From positions 40,672,001 to 40,736,000 of the forward strand of contig JAGIQG010000002.1 of assembly GCA_024679065.1 (NCBI GenBank): a DNA stretch of 64,000 nucleotides, in the 5' to 3' direction. The notes under the pieces were generated by a model. It ran no database searches, was not told the DNA's origin, and worked only from the letters and a program-made list of their open reading frames with translations. Below, one piece after another: positions 1 through 13,010 of this stretch. Every line of letters begins with the position of its first letter. Positions within the stretch are counted from its first letter, which is position 1. Origin of the DNA: Sphyrna mokarran (Eukaryota). Made by a program: the position numbers and the translations under genes.

Positions 1-834
1 CATTTGGAAAGTTTTTTTTAAATTTGAACATCTGGCACAGAGAATATTTCAATACCAATACACTCTTTGTCCAACATACCACCAATGGGTTCAGGGATGT
101 TTTTGCTGTCAAAAATACCAATGCAAAACTCAGCCTTCTCTGTTCTCTTACAACCTGAGTGGCAGTGCATCCACTGCCCACACTCACTGCTAGTGTTCAA
201 GCAAGTAAATAACAATGCTGTCAGCAAAGCTTTGAAATGAGCTAGAAGAAGGAAAGAAGCATCTCATTTAAAAAGAGGCAAAGCTGAGAATGAAGTATCA
301 GCAGGAGCCAGGCAAAGGCCGGACAGTAGGTTCAATGCACATCCTGGTCTCCAATGAATTTTACTGATTCATTACAGTTGGAAAGAAGTTAAAACAAATT
401 AATGTTGGTTTTAGATGCAGTAGCGCACCAGCTGCAGTGTGGGGTGTTAAAAAAGAAATTATAGGCAGAAAATCGAGAACCCAAATCCTGCAAAGTGTAG
501 ATCGGGACTGTCCCAATTACCTGATCTAGTGCTGCATAAGTGAACTGAATGTAAAAAGCTTATATTATCACCATAACAAAGACAATGGGCTCAAATTTGG
601 CTTCCATTATCCTCAAAATGGCACAACAGAAGCATTAAGAAAGGCACTCAATCAGGTGTGCCCTGGGTGTGCTAAATACAACTGATTTGGTGTTACCCTA
701 ATGTCACACATCTCTACCGGCTGACATGTTGCCAGACTTCATAACATGTCCAGTGCAGTGAACGAATTTACAAGTTCACACTGAGCTGAAAGGTATATCC
801 TAGCTCGAGTGCTATTTTTTTAGAAGTTTTTTTA

Positions 835-1112
835 AAGTTTATTTATTAGTCACAAGTAGATTTACATTAACACTACAATGACGTTACTGTGAAAATCCCC
901 TAATCACTACAATCACACTGAGGGAAAATTTAGCATGGCCAATGCACCTAACATGCACATTTTTCAGATTGTGGGAGGAAACCAGAGCACCCAGAGGAAA
1001 CCCACGCAGACATGGGGATAAAGTACAAATTCCATGTACACAGTGCCCCAAGCTGGGAATCGAACCTAGGTCCCTGATGCTGGGAGACAGCTGTAATAAC
1101 CATCATGCCACC
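835..1112 (-). mobile_element. HE1-like V-SINE (tail type A)
   Basis: tRNA-like head, V-domain gtctgcgtgggtttcctc.gggtgctc, tail ...gtgactaataaataaacttt. Confidence 0.85.
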
Positions 1113-1532
1113 CCGGGACAAGCAACCAACTAGCAAGTAAATTGATTTTGAAAAGCTTTTGTTACTGCAAAGTGCCAGAAGAATCATAGCAGAATAGAAA
1201 TTTACAACACAGAAAAAAAACATTCTATTGTGTACACACCTGCTGACAAGTAGCCAACCAGCCTAATCCCACTTTCCAACAAGAATCTTATAGGTTACGA
1301 CACTTCAAGTACATATCCAAGTACTTTGTGAATGTCATAAGGAATACCACTCATTCAGGCAGTGAACTCCAAAACCCCACTACCCTCCAGCTGAAACATT
1401 TCTCCTGAGGGCACAGTAAAAAGACAGGATAATGGCACTAAGTCACACTGCTCATTTGGAGGTCCAGTGCAGAGATGATGGGCTGAATGGCTCCTTCAGT
1501 GCCACAGCAATTGTGTGACTAAGTGAGTCCCA

Positions 1533-1872
1533 TCTAATTCTCCTCCCTCTAGCTATAAATCTCCCCTGGTTTTGGACCCCTCAACAAAGGGGAACAGAAT
1601 CTTTCTACCCACTGTATTTAAATTCCTCAGAATATTATACAGTTCAATTAGGTTTCCACTTGGCCTTCTCTGTTCCAATGAAAACAACTCTAGCCTTTCC
1701 AATATTCCCTCATGAATAAAATTTTTCCATCTAGAAAACATCCTTATAAATATCAGCTGTACTCTTTTAATGCAATCCACCTTTCCAATAGTGCAATGCC
1801 AGAGCTGTAGTATAACCAGGTGTTTTCCAGCATAACCTCCCAGGCACCTATATTCTATGTTTTAGCTAATAA
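1533..1872 (-). mobile_element. CR1 LINE 3' fragment (target of the Gypsy insertion)
   Basis: ORF 1553-1780 ERLELFSLEQRR..GNLIELYNIL matches the CR1 ORF2 C-terminus. Confidence 0.8.
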
Positions 1873-2057
1873 TGTTATGATGTTTTAGTCTGCTCTGGAC
1901 TATAAAGAGACTATGAAGTAATTAGAAATAAATCAAACAAGAACAGCTTATTCAATATCCTAATAGTGGCACAGTCAGCGCAAGATTGACCTTGCAAGCT
2001 CCAGGTAATCTGGCCCGCTCTCTTAAAAGGGGCACATGCCCTATTACACATTTAACA
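1873..2057 (-). repeat. 3' LTR of the Gypsy element
   Basis: TGTTA...TAACA termini; polypurine tract AAGGGGACGGG (2058-2068) abuts the LTR start. Confidence 0.8.
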
Positions 2058-5006
2058 CCCGTCCCCTTGTTTCAAAAATTTCCCTAGAAAAACACACAAA
2101 ATTATACAAAATAATGTGGGTGTTAACCCCAATACACACACACACACAGACACACATCAAAAACTATATATAAGGAACATGAAACAGGGTAACATGAACG
2201 GCAACTCCAATTAATATCTATATTTACATTTAGTCTTTATGAGGATAACAGGTATCATTTCCTGAATTCCCAGAAGTTCTTGTCGCGCATTTAGAGCTTC
2301 CTCTTGAGACTGAGGTCTGCTATCAATTAGTTTTGCCAACGTCTCTTTCATGGGTAAGATTACCCCTTGTTGCAGGGGTTGTCTTAATTCCATCGGTTCC
2401 TCTGGTTCCATCTGACCCACTTTAGGATCTTGGAGGATTCCCCTCTGCTGATAAGGTGCGATGATCAGCTCATCCTTGGTCTGCAGCATATATGACAATG
2501 GCCCAATTTGCTGGGACCCATTTCTCTCCTGATGTGTACTTCCTGTCCAGTACAGTCTCTCACTTCTGGAAATTCCTTGACTTGGAATTTCCTTCCCTTC
2601 AGGCCATCTGTCCTTTCTGGTTTCTTCCTGCCATTCCCTCATCTCTTTTGGTTGAAGCAGGACAAATATGAGTTCCTCAGTTTGTGACTAAACATTAATG
2701 ACAATGGGGTCATTGCATATGGTGAATTATGATATTTTTCAGGAATAGATTCACTCACCTACCAAAGGAACCCTCCCCTTAGGAAACTTTCAGCACCTGT
2801 TTCAAGATTTAAAATGAGCCTCTCCATTTGGCCATTTGTTGCAAGGTGGTAAAGAGCCAACCTCATCTATCAGACTCCTTGGTGGTCAAAATAGTCTCAA
2901 CTCCTTCATCACAAACTGGGGGCCATTGTCACTCACCAGTTCTTCAGGATTTCCAAATCTGGCAAATAGTTCATCAAGTCAATCTGTTATCATGTCTGTG
3001 GAGAATATCTTCACGTTTTCCACTTTTAGCCACTTGGAAAGAATATCGACCACCAGAAACAGCATTTGTTCTTCATTGGACCTACAAAGTCTATAATGGA
3101 AGCTTCAGGCCATTCCTATGGGTGAAGGGGTGACACTAGCCTTTCACACAAGCATGCAAGCTTTATAAAAATCTGCCTTTTCTTCTGTCTGTGAGTCTAC
3201 ACTTGGGCATCAAAAATAACTCCAGGTGATTTCCTTTATTTGCATCATGCCCAGGTCCTCTTCATGCATTTGTTCCAGCACTATACTCTTAACAACAACA
3301 GGAATGAGCATTCTCATTCTCTACAATAGACATCCATCCAATACTGACAACTTACACTTCCTTGACAAGTAGGTATGTAAATCTTCCTGATTTCTATAGC
3401 TGATCCTCCCCCTCAAGATTCAGTCCAAGACTTGATTTATGACTGGGTCGTTATAAGTAGAGTTCCACACCTGGGCTGTGGCCAACAGCTGTCATAGATG
3501 ATATTCTAGTGTCTGGCCCAAAAGTGGCGATGAGGAGCCTGTGATCATTTAGCAGTAACATAAAATGCAAGTCATTTGGAAAATGTGAGAATTTCTTCAC
3601 CCCAAACACAATACACAATCCTTCCTTTTTGACCTGGGCACAGTTTTCTTCCATTTTTGTCAAAGGCTTCGATGCGAAGACAATGGGTCTTTCCACTCCA
3701 TTAGACAATATAGCATCAACACTATAAGGTGAGGCATCACAGGCTAATTGGTTAGCATCTCTGACTTAGTTTACCTCCCAGTAAGCCTCCACCTCATCAC
3801 CTTTCCCAAGCAGCCAGTATAAAGGTTTTAGTATGGTTGCCAGATCTGATACAAACTTGCAACAATAATTTACCAACCTCAGGAACAATTGTAATTACAA
3901 TATGTTTTCTGGTCTAGGAGCGTTCATAACAGTAGTCAATTTATTTGGGGTCTTGCATAGACCTTTCCTATTGACAACTTGGCCCAGGTATTCAATCAAA
4001 TCTTTAAGGAATTTGCATTTTTCTTTCTTTACTTGCAAGTCGTGTTCCTGCAACTTTCCAAGGGTCTCTTCTAAGTTCTTCAAATGCTGGTCTTCGGTGG
4101 AACCCATCACTAAAATATCGTCCAGGTAACAATGAAACCCTGGTAATTCACAAAATATTTGATCCATTGCCCTCTGGAAAAGGGCTAGTGCCAACGTAAT
4201 GCCAAAGGGAAGACACTCGTACTGGAAAAGTCCCCGATGAATTATTATCACCAAAGATGGCTTCCAATGATAACTATTTCAAAATAGGTTGTTAACAAGT
4301 CCATTTTCGAAAATTTCTTCCCTCCTGCCAATCCACTAAACAGCTCCTCAACAAGAAGTGGGTATTGATCCACACAAAGTGCTGTGTTGGTGGTGACCTT
4401 GAAGTCCCCACAGATTTTAACCATGTCACCCACTTTTAAAACTGGAACAATTAAGTTGGCCCATTTACCTGTGGCTACTGGTTCCAACACCACAATGTTC
4501 ACCAGCCATTCTAGTCCTGCCTCCATGTTTTGCCGCAAGGCATATGGTACTATAAGCATCTTCAGACTCCTTGGATGAGTCTCTGGCTTCAACTGAATTT
4601 TAATTTTCACTTCTTTCATTTCACTCAGGGTCCTTACACTTATTTAGGACATCTTGTAAAACTGGTTCTCAAGTCTGCCCACTTATTCACTTCCCCCCAA
4701 TTTAATTTAAATTTCTGCAACCAGAAACATCCAAACAAAGCAGGTAGTTGTCCTTGACCACCCACAATGATAGCTCTGCACACTGATCCCTTGGCTGTAT
4801 CTTTGCCAGTACATATCCTTTCAATGGCACCATTTGTTCTGTAAGGTAATCTTGGTAGGTTTAAATGGCAGTGCTTCTAATTTTTCTCTATACACAGAAT
4901 CAGGATTCAGTAACGCTGCTGCCCCCATATCAATCTCCGTTTTTATTGTCACTCCTCATATCTTGCAAGTACATGCAACCAATCAACTTCTCCTTGGAAT
5001 AAGATT

Positions 5007-5763
5007 GTAAGAAATAGGAGCAGGAGTAGACCATCTATCCCTTTGAGCCTGCCCTGCTATTCAATAAGATCATCGCAGATCTGAAGTGGATCAGTTCCAC
5101 TTACCCGTCTGCTCCCCATAACTCTTAATTCCCTTATCGATCAGAAATTTATCTACTCGTGACTTAAACATATTCAACGAGGTAGCCTCCACCATTTCAA
5201 TGGGCAGAGAACTCCAGAGATTCACCACCCTTTGACAGAAGAAGTTCTTCCTCAATTCTATTCTAAACTGCACCCCCCTTATTTTGAGGCTGTGCCCTCC
5301 AGTTCTGGGTTTCTTTCTATGTGGAAGGAATCTCTCTACCTCTACCTTATCTAGCCCCTTCATTATCTTGTAAGTCTCTATAAGACCTCCCCTCAGCTTT
5401 CTAAACTCCAACGAGTACAGGCCCAACCTACTCAATCTCTCCTCATATAAGCTAATCCCCTCATCTCTAGTATCAGCCTGATGAACCCTCTCTGTACTCC
5501 CTCCATAGCCAATATATCCTTTCACAAATAAGGGGACCAAAACTGCACACAGTACTCCAGTTGCGGCCTCACCAGTGCCTTGTATAGTCGCAGCAAGATC
5601 TCCCTGCTTTTATATTTTACCCCCTCGCGATAAAGGCTAACATTCTATTCGCCTTCTTGATCACCTGCTGCATCTGCAGACTAAGTTCTTGCGATTTGTG
5701 CACAAGGACCCCCAGGTTCCTCTGCCCAGTACATGCTGCAACTTTTCACCATTTAAATAATAG
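5007..5763 (-). mobile_element. CR1 LINE 3' end
   Basis: YEERLSRLGLYSLEFRKLRGGLIETYKIMKG...RVVNLW; tail ...ctcctgctcctatttctta. Confidence 0.92.
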
Positions 5764-6332
5764 TACAAGGTATTGGTAAGGCTGCAACTGAAGTACTGTG
5801 TGCAGTTTTGGTCCCCTTATTTGCGAAAGGATATATTGGAGGGAGTACAGAGAAGGTTCACCAGGCTGATACCTGAGATGAGGGGGTTAGCTTAAGAGGA
5901 GAGATTGAATAGACTGGGCCTGTACTCATAAGAGTTTAGAAGGCTGAGAGGGGATCTTATAGAGACTTACAAGATAATGAAGAGGCTAGAAAGGATAGAG
6001 GTAAAGAGATCCTTTCCATTTAGAAAGGAAAACAGAACTAGAGGACACAGCCTCAAAATAAGGTGGGGGGGAGCAGTTTAGAACGGAGTTGAGGAGGAAC
6101 TTCTTCAAAGGGTGGTGAATCTCTGGAATTTTTGCCCATTGAAGTGATGAAGGCTATCACGTTGAATATATGGGTACATACATTTCTGAAAGACAAAAGA
6201 ATTAAGGGTTATGGGGAGAAAGCAGGAAAGTGGAACTGATCCACTTCAGATCAGTCATGACCTTATTGAATGGTGAGACAGGCTCAAAGGGCTAGATAGC
6301 CTATTCCTGCTCCTATTTCTTATGTTCTTATG
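5764..6332 (+). mobile_element. CR1 LINE 3' end (inverted partner)
   Basis: Same subfamily in the opposite orientation, ends cctatttcttatgttcttatgtt. Confidence 0.92.
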
Positions 6333-6681
6333 TTGATATTCCATCCTACTATTATTTCTTCCAAAGTGTAGGGCATTTGATATTTATAATGACAATAATA
6401 AGATATTGATAATGATATTTTGCCAAAATTCTGTATACTTAGGTTCTTTTGCTTCCTCCGCAGATTTAGCTGATCCTCCTGTCTCCTTCCTGGCTGGCGG
6501 TTCTGTTCTGATTTTGTTATGGAGGCCACGACTAAACAGTCTGGTAAAACATCTTGAAGAAAGCCACCAAATTCGTAATGCTCAGATACTGTCTTCTGTC
6601 TTGTCTTCAGGTTAATCTCTCTCTGCCTCCCCTTTTCCTCTTTAAGTGGTGCCCTATAATTTTGGGCAATATGCACCACCT

Positions 6682-6980
6682 GGTGGCATGGTGGCACAAC
6701 AGTTATTTTTTGCTGCTTCACAACACTAGGGACTTGAGTTTGATTCCCAGCTTGGGTCACTGTCTGTGCAGAGTCTGCATGTTCTCCTCGTGTCACTGTG
6801 GAATTCCTCCAGGTGTTCCTGTTTCCTCCTACAATCTGAAAAACGTGCTTGTTAGATGCATTGGCCATGCTAAATTCTCCGAACAGATGCCAGAGTGTAG
6901 TGACTAGGAGATTTTCACAGTAACTTCATTGCAATGTTAATGTAAGCCTATTTGTGACACTAATAAATAAACTTTAAACT
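6682..6980 (+). mobile_element. HE1-like V-SINE (tail A) inserted in Gypsy gag
   Basis: ggtggcatggtggcaca head, V-domain, aataaataaactttaaact tail. Confidence 0.85.
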
Positions 6981-8528
6981 TTTCACATGTGGCATTGGGC
7001 ATCAGTGGTATTCTACAGTTGGCACCACTTTCTCCTGCACTTTTTTACTTTGTGTATTCAGGCACCAACACCCAACTGTGTTACCTCTTTGGCTGCAAGC
7101 TGCATTGCAATAGATATTTCAAAGGCTGCTTTGAAGTTAAAACCTTTGTTAAAAGTTTTCATTGGATGGTTTTGTTATGGACGCCACGACTAAATGGTCT
7201 GGTAAAGCATCTTGAAGAAAGTCACCAAATTTGCAATGCTCAGGTACTGCCCTCCATCAGTGGTAATGTGAGTGATCATGATGCACATGATAGAGTTAAT
7301 GGCTAATTGCCCAGACAGGCAGCTTGGGTGACATATATTTAAGAGGGATCTAGTGAATGGCCATGTGCAACGATTGGTGGGCATGGATTAAATATTAATT
7401 GATTGTTCAGGATGATATTCAAGAAGAAAGGTTTATGGATGGCAGAATGAAGAGAAAGAGTAGAGTGAAAAAGCATTGTGCAAGTACTGATAGTAGGTCT
7501 GGAAATGCCTTGTATCAGAAAACAACCACATACTGGACAAAGAGCCTCCATTGTCTCAAAGAGCCTTCACTGTCTTTCAATATTAATTCCAAGAAATATA
7601 ATGGTAGAAGTCAAGTCTGTAGCTTGAGCAGATTGGACAAGGAAAGAAAGGCCACAGAACAGTTCCAGAACTGAACTAAATGCAGAAGTCCTCACAATCA
7701 TAAAGTTTTGGTGGCTGGCAATAAACTAATAAGAGAAGCAAAACAAAGGGATCAGACAGTTGGAGAACGTTTGGAGTTTATTCTGAGATAACCGATAAAG
7801 AGCAACCGGCTTTTTTACATAGGTGGATTTGCACCAAAAAGTCCTTTTAGATAGAACTTTTAAGGCTAAAACTAGAATTTAAGTGAGTTTTGAAGAGTGA
7901 TTGGGTGACGTAGATGTTAGAATGAATTTTCCCACAGCTGTAAAAATAACCTTGAAAATCCTTTTAGCTGTTTTAGTCATTTATCCATTTTTAGCATAGA
8001 TCAATTGACATGAAAGCTATATTTTTCCAAAGTGATACTTTTCAGAAAGAAGTGTTCTCAAACTGTTTAAAGAAAATGCAGATGAGAAAAAAAAGACAAT
8101 GGAAACTGAACAAATGTGGTCTATGGCCTGAATGATCCTTCTAGTTTGTAGTATTGTTTGGTGAAATTGGTTGGGCTGAAAATAGGTGTTGTTCACTAAA
8201 AGTAGATCCCATAATGATTTATTATATCATTTTCATGATGCATGTTAATGATTTTTGAGGGGGTGGCACTGCAAAGCTTGAAAAATGTGTTGATAATGAG
8301 AGTGACATTTAAAATTGGGAGCTAATTTTTGTATAATTTGCAAATATCTTGGTTTAGAAATTGAGCAGAATAGATTTACATATCTTTAAATCAACAATCC
8401 TATTTAAAGAGTGTTACTTCCATCCAGGTTAATTGATCTAGATCATCATGGAAGAATAATCCCTGAAGAAAAGATACATAACTTGTTGAACTTGTCAGGC
8501 AGTCTGACTGGAGCAAAAGCTGGTTTTG

Positions 8529-8530
<2 letters not shown>

Positions 8531-8565
<35 letters not shown>
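8531..8565. repeat. (GT)n microsatellite
   Basis: Pure GT run followed by a G9 tract. Confidence 0.95.
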
Positions 8566-8567
<2 letters not shown>

Positions 8568-8892
8568 GCGGGGGGGGGTTAAATAATATAGTGAAACACC
8601 CTAAGTCAAAAATATTTTCAGGACAAATAAAACATTTTCAAAAATTCAATCTGGAGAAATATTATGTATTTTTCATCTTTAGGTTGTCCAAACAAAATGA
8701 AATCTGTCATTGTTAGTGATGCTTCATGGATGGATATTCTAATGCAGCTGGTTAATTGTGGAATTATATGGCCTCCCCTTATCTGCAAACCCACTGGCAG
8801 AGATTGTAGAATACTGTCCCTTGAGATGCCTTCTTTCTATACTCAATTATTTGCCAAGACTTCTTTCTTCATTGCAAAATATCTTCTTTCTC

Positions 8893-9200
8893 ACAGAGTC
8901 ATAGAGGTTTACAGCATGGAAACAGGTCCTTCGGCCTAAGTTGTCCATTTTTTTAAAAAATCCTTAAGTTTGTTTCAGTTGCCCACATTTGGCCTATATC
9001 TCTCTATACCCATCTTACCTATGTAACTGTCTAAATGCTTCTTAAAAGACAAAACTGTACCTGCCTCTACTATTACCTCTAGCAGCTTGTTCCAGATACT
9101 CACTCCCGTCTGTGTGAAAAAATTGTCCCATTGTACACTTTTGTATCTCTCCCCCTCACCTTAAATCTTCTAGTTTTAGACCCTCCTACCTTTGAGAAAT
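8893..9200 (-). mobile_element. CR1 3' tail fragment
   Basis: gtcatagaggtttacagcatggaaacagg.ccttcggcc is a reversed CR1 tail. Confidence 0.75.
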
Positions 9201-9331
9201 GAACCTACAGTACTGCTGAATGCCTAATCTAAATCTTTATTAATGCAATGCTCAATTTCTGCAATGCTTCTCTTAGTGGTCTCTTATTTCTACAAACCAT
9301 AATATATTCAGAATGCCACAAGCCAGAAATT

Positions 9332-9622
9332 GGGCGGCATGGTGGCACAGACTCTTCTAACAGTTTAGCACTGCTGCCTCAAAACACCAGGGATATGGGT
9401 TGAATTCCTGGCTTGAATCAGTGTGTGGAATTTGCATGTTCTCTCGATATCTGTGTGGGTTTTCTCCAAGTGCTCCAGTTTGCTCCCACAGTCCAAAAGA
9501 CATTCTGGTTAGGTGCATTGGCCATGCTAAATTCTCCCTCGGTGTATTGCCAAAACATGGCGAATAGGGGATTTTCACAGTAACTTCATTGCAATGTAAG
9601 CCTACTTATGACATTAATAAAA
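9332..9622 (+). mobile_element. HE1-like V-SINE (tail A)
   Basis: gggcggcatggtggcacag head, V-domain, ttttcacagtaacttcattgc tail. Confidence 0.85.
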
Positions 9623-11154
9623 TCAATAACTCAACTCTACTTTCACCTACACAAAATCCCACATCCCTTGTCAATCTCCTTTGCTCCCAAATTTCCCACC
9701 AATTTGGTTTCAATATCCCAAACGTCACACCCAAATTTCTTCATTGTTTTCTTCTTCAGTGTTTGACCATGATCCTGCTGGCCTACTACCCAACTCATGA
9801 TATTATGTTCCCTATCACATGTCCCAGCTGCACTGTCCACTCTTCTAACTTGTTACCTATTTGCTCCATCCCACATTTGGCACTTGCTCATAACACGAAC
9901 CCTGTAAATATCATGTGATTCTGAATACATTAAATCTAATAATTTTCAAACACATTGATTAAAAAAGCTATTTATCAAGAAGTGGCACTTCAATGAAAAA
10001 TATCTAGTCAGCATTTTTTTAGATGAGAAACAAATACAATCAGCAAACAAAAAAACATCAAAATTAGTTTCAAATAAACATCAAGTCCCTAAGAGGCATA
10101 ACAATGATTTATAATGTGTGTGTCTTAGTTGGCAGAAAATTAATTAAAGAAGAATCTTTTGAATATATTCTGAAAGGCAGATATAGTCACCATTAATGAT
10201 AACACAAAGCATTATAAAAGGCATTATCGGTATTCAGGACTAAATGACACTTACACTAATGTTGAAAGACATGTCCTAGCTGTGAAGATAAATAAAATTA
10301 AAACAAGATAAATATATTTTCTTTGTTTTTGGTCATACCATGACTCAAAGTTTGGAAAATAATGCATCATTCATTTTGTAGCTCAAACAATTAATTCAGC
10401 AGCAGCCATTTAAAATATATTGCAACTATGTTAAGCAAATACAGTTCTATTTATTAATAAATCCAAGTTACATAAATAATTTTGTTGACCAGTACACTGC
10501 TATCTAGAAAGCATTATATTTGGTATATGCTATTAAAATTATGGAAAATCTCCTATCCATTCCTATAAAACCCAGGAAAAAAAGCTCATTTGCCTTTCTA
10601 TCTATAGTATTTGGAACTCTAATCTTCAAAATAAAGATTTAAACAAAATGATTTAAGAATTCAATGAAAAGAAGCTTTACAATAATGTGAATGCTTTTTG
10701 TATTGTATTTTATATCTTTTATTGCCTTCATCAAAGTTGTTTATAGAATGTTTCTGTTTCTCCCAAAAGTGTATGCTTGGAATTGATCTTGATAATTTTT
10801 GACCACAATTTTGTATGTACTAATTTTAGCTAACAATGTCCAATCTATATATGTATGTATTATATTCAGTTTTCTAGGATGCATCAATACTGTTCAACTG
10901 TTGAACTGCTGCAATACTTTTTCTTCACTTCTATAAATGTTTGTTTAGTTTTTTTTCCATTATTTAAAGAGAAATCAAAGAATGAAATTTTTTTTAAAAA
11001 CTCATTCAAATAGCATTTATGAACTGGAAATATTTTTACTGTCCTTTTACTATGATTTGCAGCATACCCAAGCCAATTCCAATAGAGATGGAGAGTATGA
11101 AAATATGGCACTCCCATCTCATTAAAATGGTTGGAATGTAGGTCATGAAGTGTA

Positions 11155-11351
11155 CAATGTGGAGGTGTCAGTGTTGGATTAGGGATGATAAGGAGTGTCA
11201 ACACCAGATCGAAGTCCAAATAGGTTTATTTGGAATTACACGCTTTCAGAGCAGTGCTCAGCAAGTGAGTGATGAAGAGCAACGCTCCGAAAGCTCGTGA
11301 TTCCAAATAAACTTGTTGGACTTTAACCTGGTGTTATGAGATTTCTTACTA
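11155..11351. mobile_element. Penelope-derived palindromic non-autonomous element
   Basis: Inverted arms around tgatgaagagcaacgctccgaaagctcgtg; related to 12664-12856 and 19763-19940. Confidence 0.7.
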
Positions 11352-11724
11352 TGAAGTGTATGTGCAGATGGAGGATTAACCCATTCTCCTCTCTCAGGAT
11401 AATTGCATTTGTGCTATCACACTGCCACTCTGTTACTGCCACTGCCTTACAGTTGCCTCTCTGTCAGATAAGGGACAGTTTTGCCATTCATGCCAAAGTG
11501 GTGAAGTCCAAAGCTGGCTCTTAATTGCTTAAGGGCATCCTGCAACGTCATCCACTGTTTTCACTCATGAACGTTAACAGCCATCTTGAAAAGGGAGTAA
11601 TCTAATGGAAGTCATAAAGTTATGAAAGGTTTTGATAGAGTGGATACAGAGAGAATGTTTTCTCTTGTGGCAAAAAAAATGATCAGAAAGTATCAATATA
11701 AAATGCATATGGATCTACATGCAT

Positions 11725-13010
11725 ATGAATTAGAAAGCCTACTTCACCATTCAATAAAGTCATTGTTGCTCTGATTGCAGTCTCAATCCCACATTCCTGC
11801 CTACCATCGATAATGTTCCACAACCTTGGTAATCAATAATCTCTAACTAAAAGATTCAGCTTCCACTACCTTTTGAGAAAGGATTTTCTAGAGATTCTCA
11901 ACCCTCAAGAGAAAAAAAAATTCTCCTCATCTCAATCTTAAATTAACGGGCCCTTATTTTTAAACAGGGACCATTAGTTTTGGATTTGACGACAAGAGAA
12001 AACATCTGCTCTACGTTTCACCCTGCCAACATCTCTCAGAATCTTAAAGATTTTGACCAAGTTACCTCTTACTTTTCTAAGCTCTACTGAATACACACCT
12101 AACCTCTCCAACCTTTCCTCATAAAACAACATGTCCATTCTTGATATTAGTCTGGTAAACATTCTCTGAGCTGCTTCTAATGAACTTAAATCTTTCTTTA
12201 AATAAGGAGACTAATACTTTACACAATACTCCAGATCTGGTTTCATAAGTGCTTTGTACAACTGACACATAACTACCTCCACTTTTGTCATCAATTCCCT
12301 CATGATAAATGATAACATTCTATTAGCTTTCCTAATTACTTGCTGTACTTGTATATTAGCCTTTTGTAATTCATGCTCAAGGACACCTAGATCTCTCTGC
12401 GCCTCAGGGCTCTGCAATCTCTTGCAATTTAGCAAATAAGCCTCTTTTTTATTCTTTTAGCCAAAATGTTCAATTCCACATTTGCCATATTTTTTCCCTT
12501 GTATCTTCCTTATGTCCTCTTCATAATTTATTTTCCCACCTATCTTTGCATCATTAGCAAATTTAGCAGTCATATCTTCAGTCTCTTCACCCAAGTCATT
12601 TGAAGCCACAACACTGATTCTTGTGACACACAACTCATCATAAACTGCCAATCAGAAAAAGACAGTAAGAAGTCTCACAACACCAGGTTAAGGTCCAACA
12701 GGTTTATTTCATAGCAAAAGCCACTAGCTTTCGTAACACGAAGCAGCTCTGAAAGCTAGTGGTTCTTGCTACCAAATAAATCTGTTGGACCTTAACCTGC
12801 TGTTGTGAGACTTCTTACTATGTTTACCCCAATGCAACGCTGGTATCTCCACATCATAACCAGAAAAAGACTCATTTATGCCATCTCTTTGTTTTCTGCT
12901 TGCTAGCCAAAATTCAATCCACGCCAATATATTATCCCCTACATCATGAACTTCTATTTTCTGCGATAACCTTTGATGTGGCACCTTATCAAATGCTTTC
13001 TGGAAATCAA
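11725..13010 (-). mobile_element. CR1 LINE (RT C-terminal part), inserted in a plus-strand CR1 fragment (11600-11705 / 13010-13230)
   Basis: PHQRL..KI, WIEFWLASRKQR, KFANDAKIGG, LEYCV, YEERLERLGVYS in ORFs 11974-12984. Confidence 0.88.
12664..12856. mobile_element. Penelope-derived palindromic element nested in CR1
   Basis: Near-perfect inverted repeat 12664-12819 (agtaagaagtctcacaaca...tgttgtgagacttcttact). Confidence 0.78.

Larger units (their letters stand above)
1873..7260 (-). mobile_element. Decayed Gypsy/Ty3 LTR retrotransposon with nested insertions
   Basis: gag remnants at 6500-7260 (EHCKFGDFLQDAL; broken zinc knuckle), protease EIDMGAA ~4930, RT YLDD (3895-4619), RNaseH CDAS...ERPIVFAS (3451-3745), integrase ~2650-3250; order PR-RT-RH-IN; stops and frameshifts; no 5' LTR seen. 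Confidence 0.9.

Noticed and set aside
6682-6760. tRNA genes at SINE heads (also 9332, 17185, 18275, 20297)
   Set aside because: A/B-box remnants continue into SINE bodies; no cloverleaf
6320-6868. 182-aa ORF, the longest in the track
   Set aside because: Chimera of antisense SINE and decayed gag; no coherent protein
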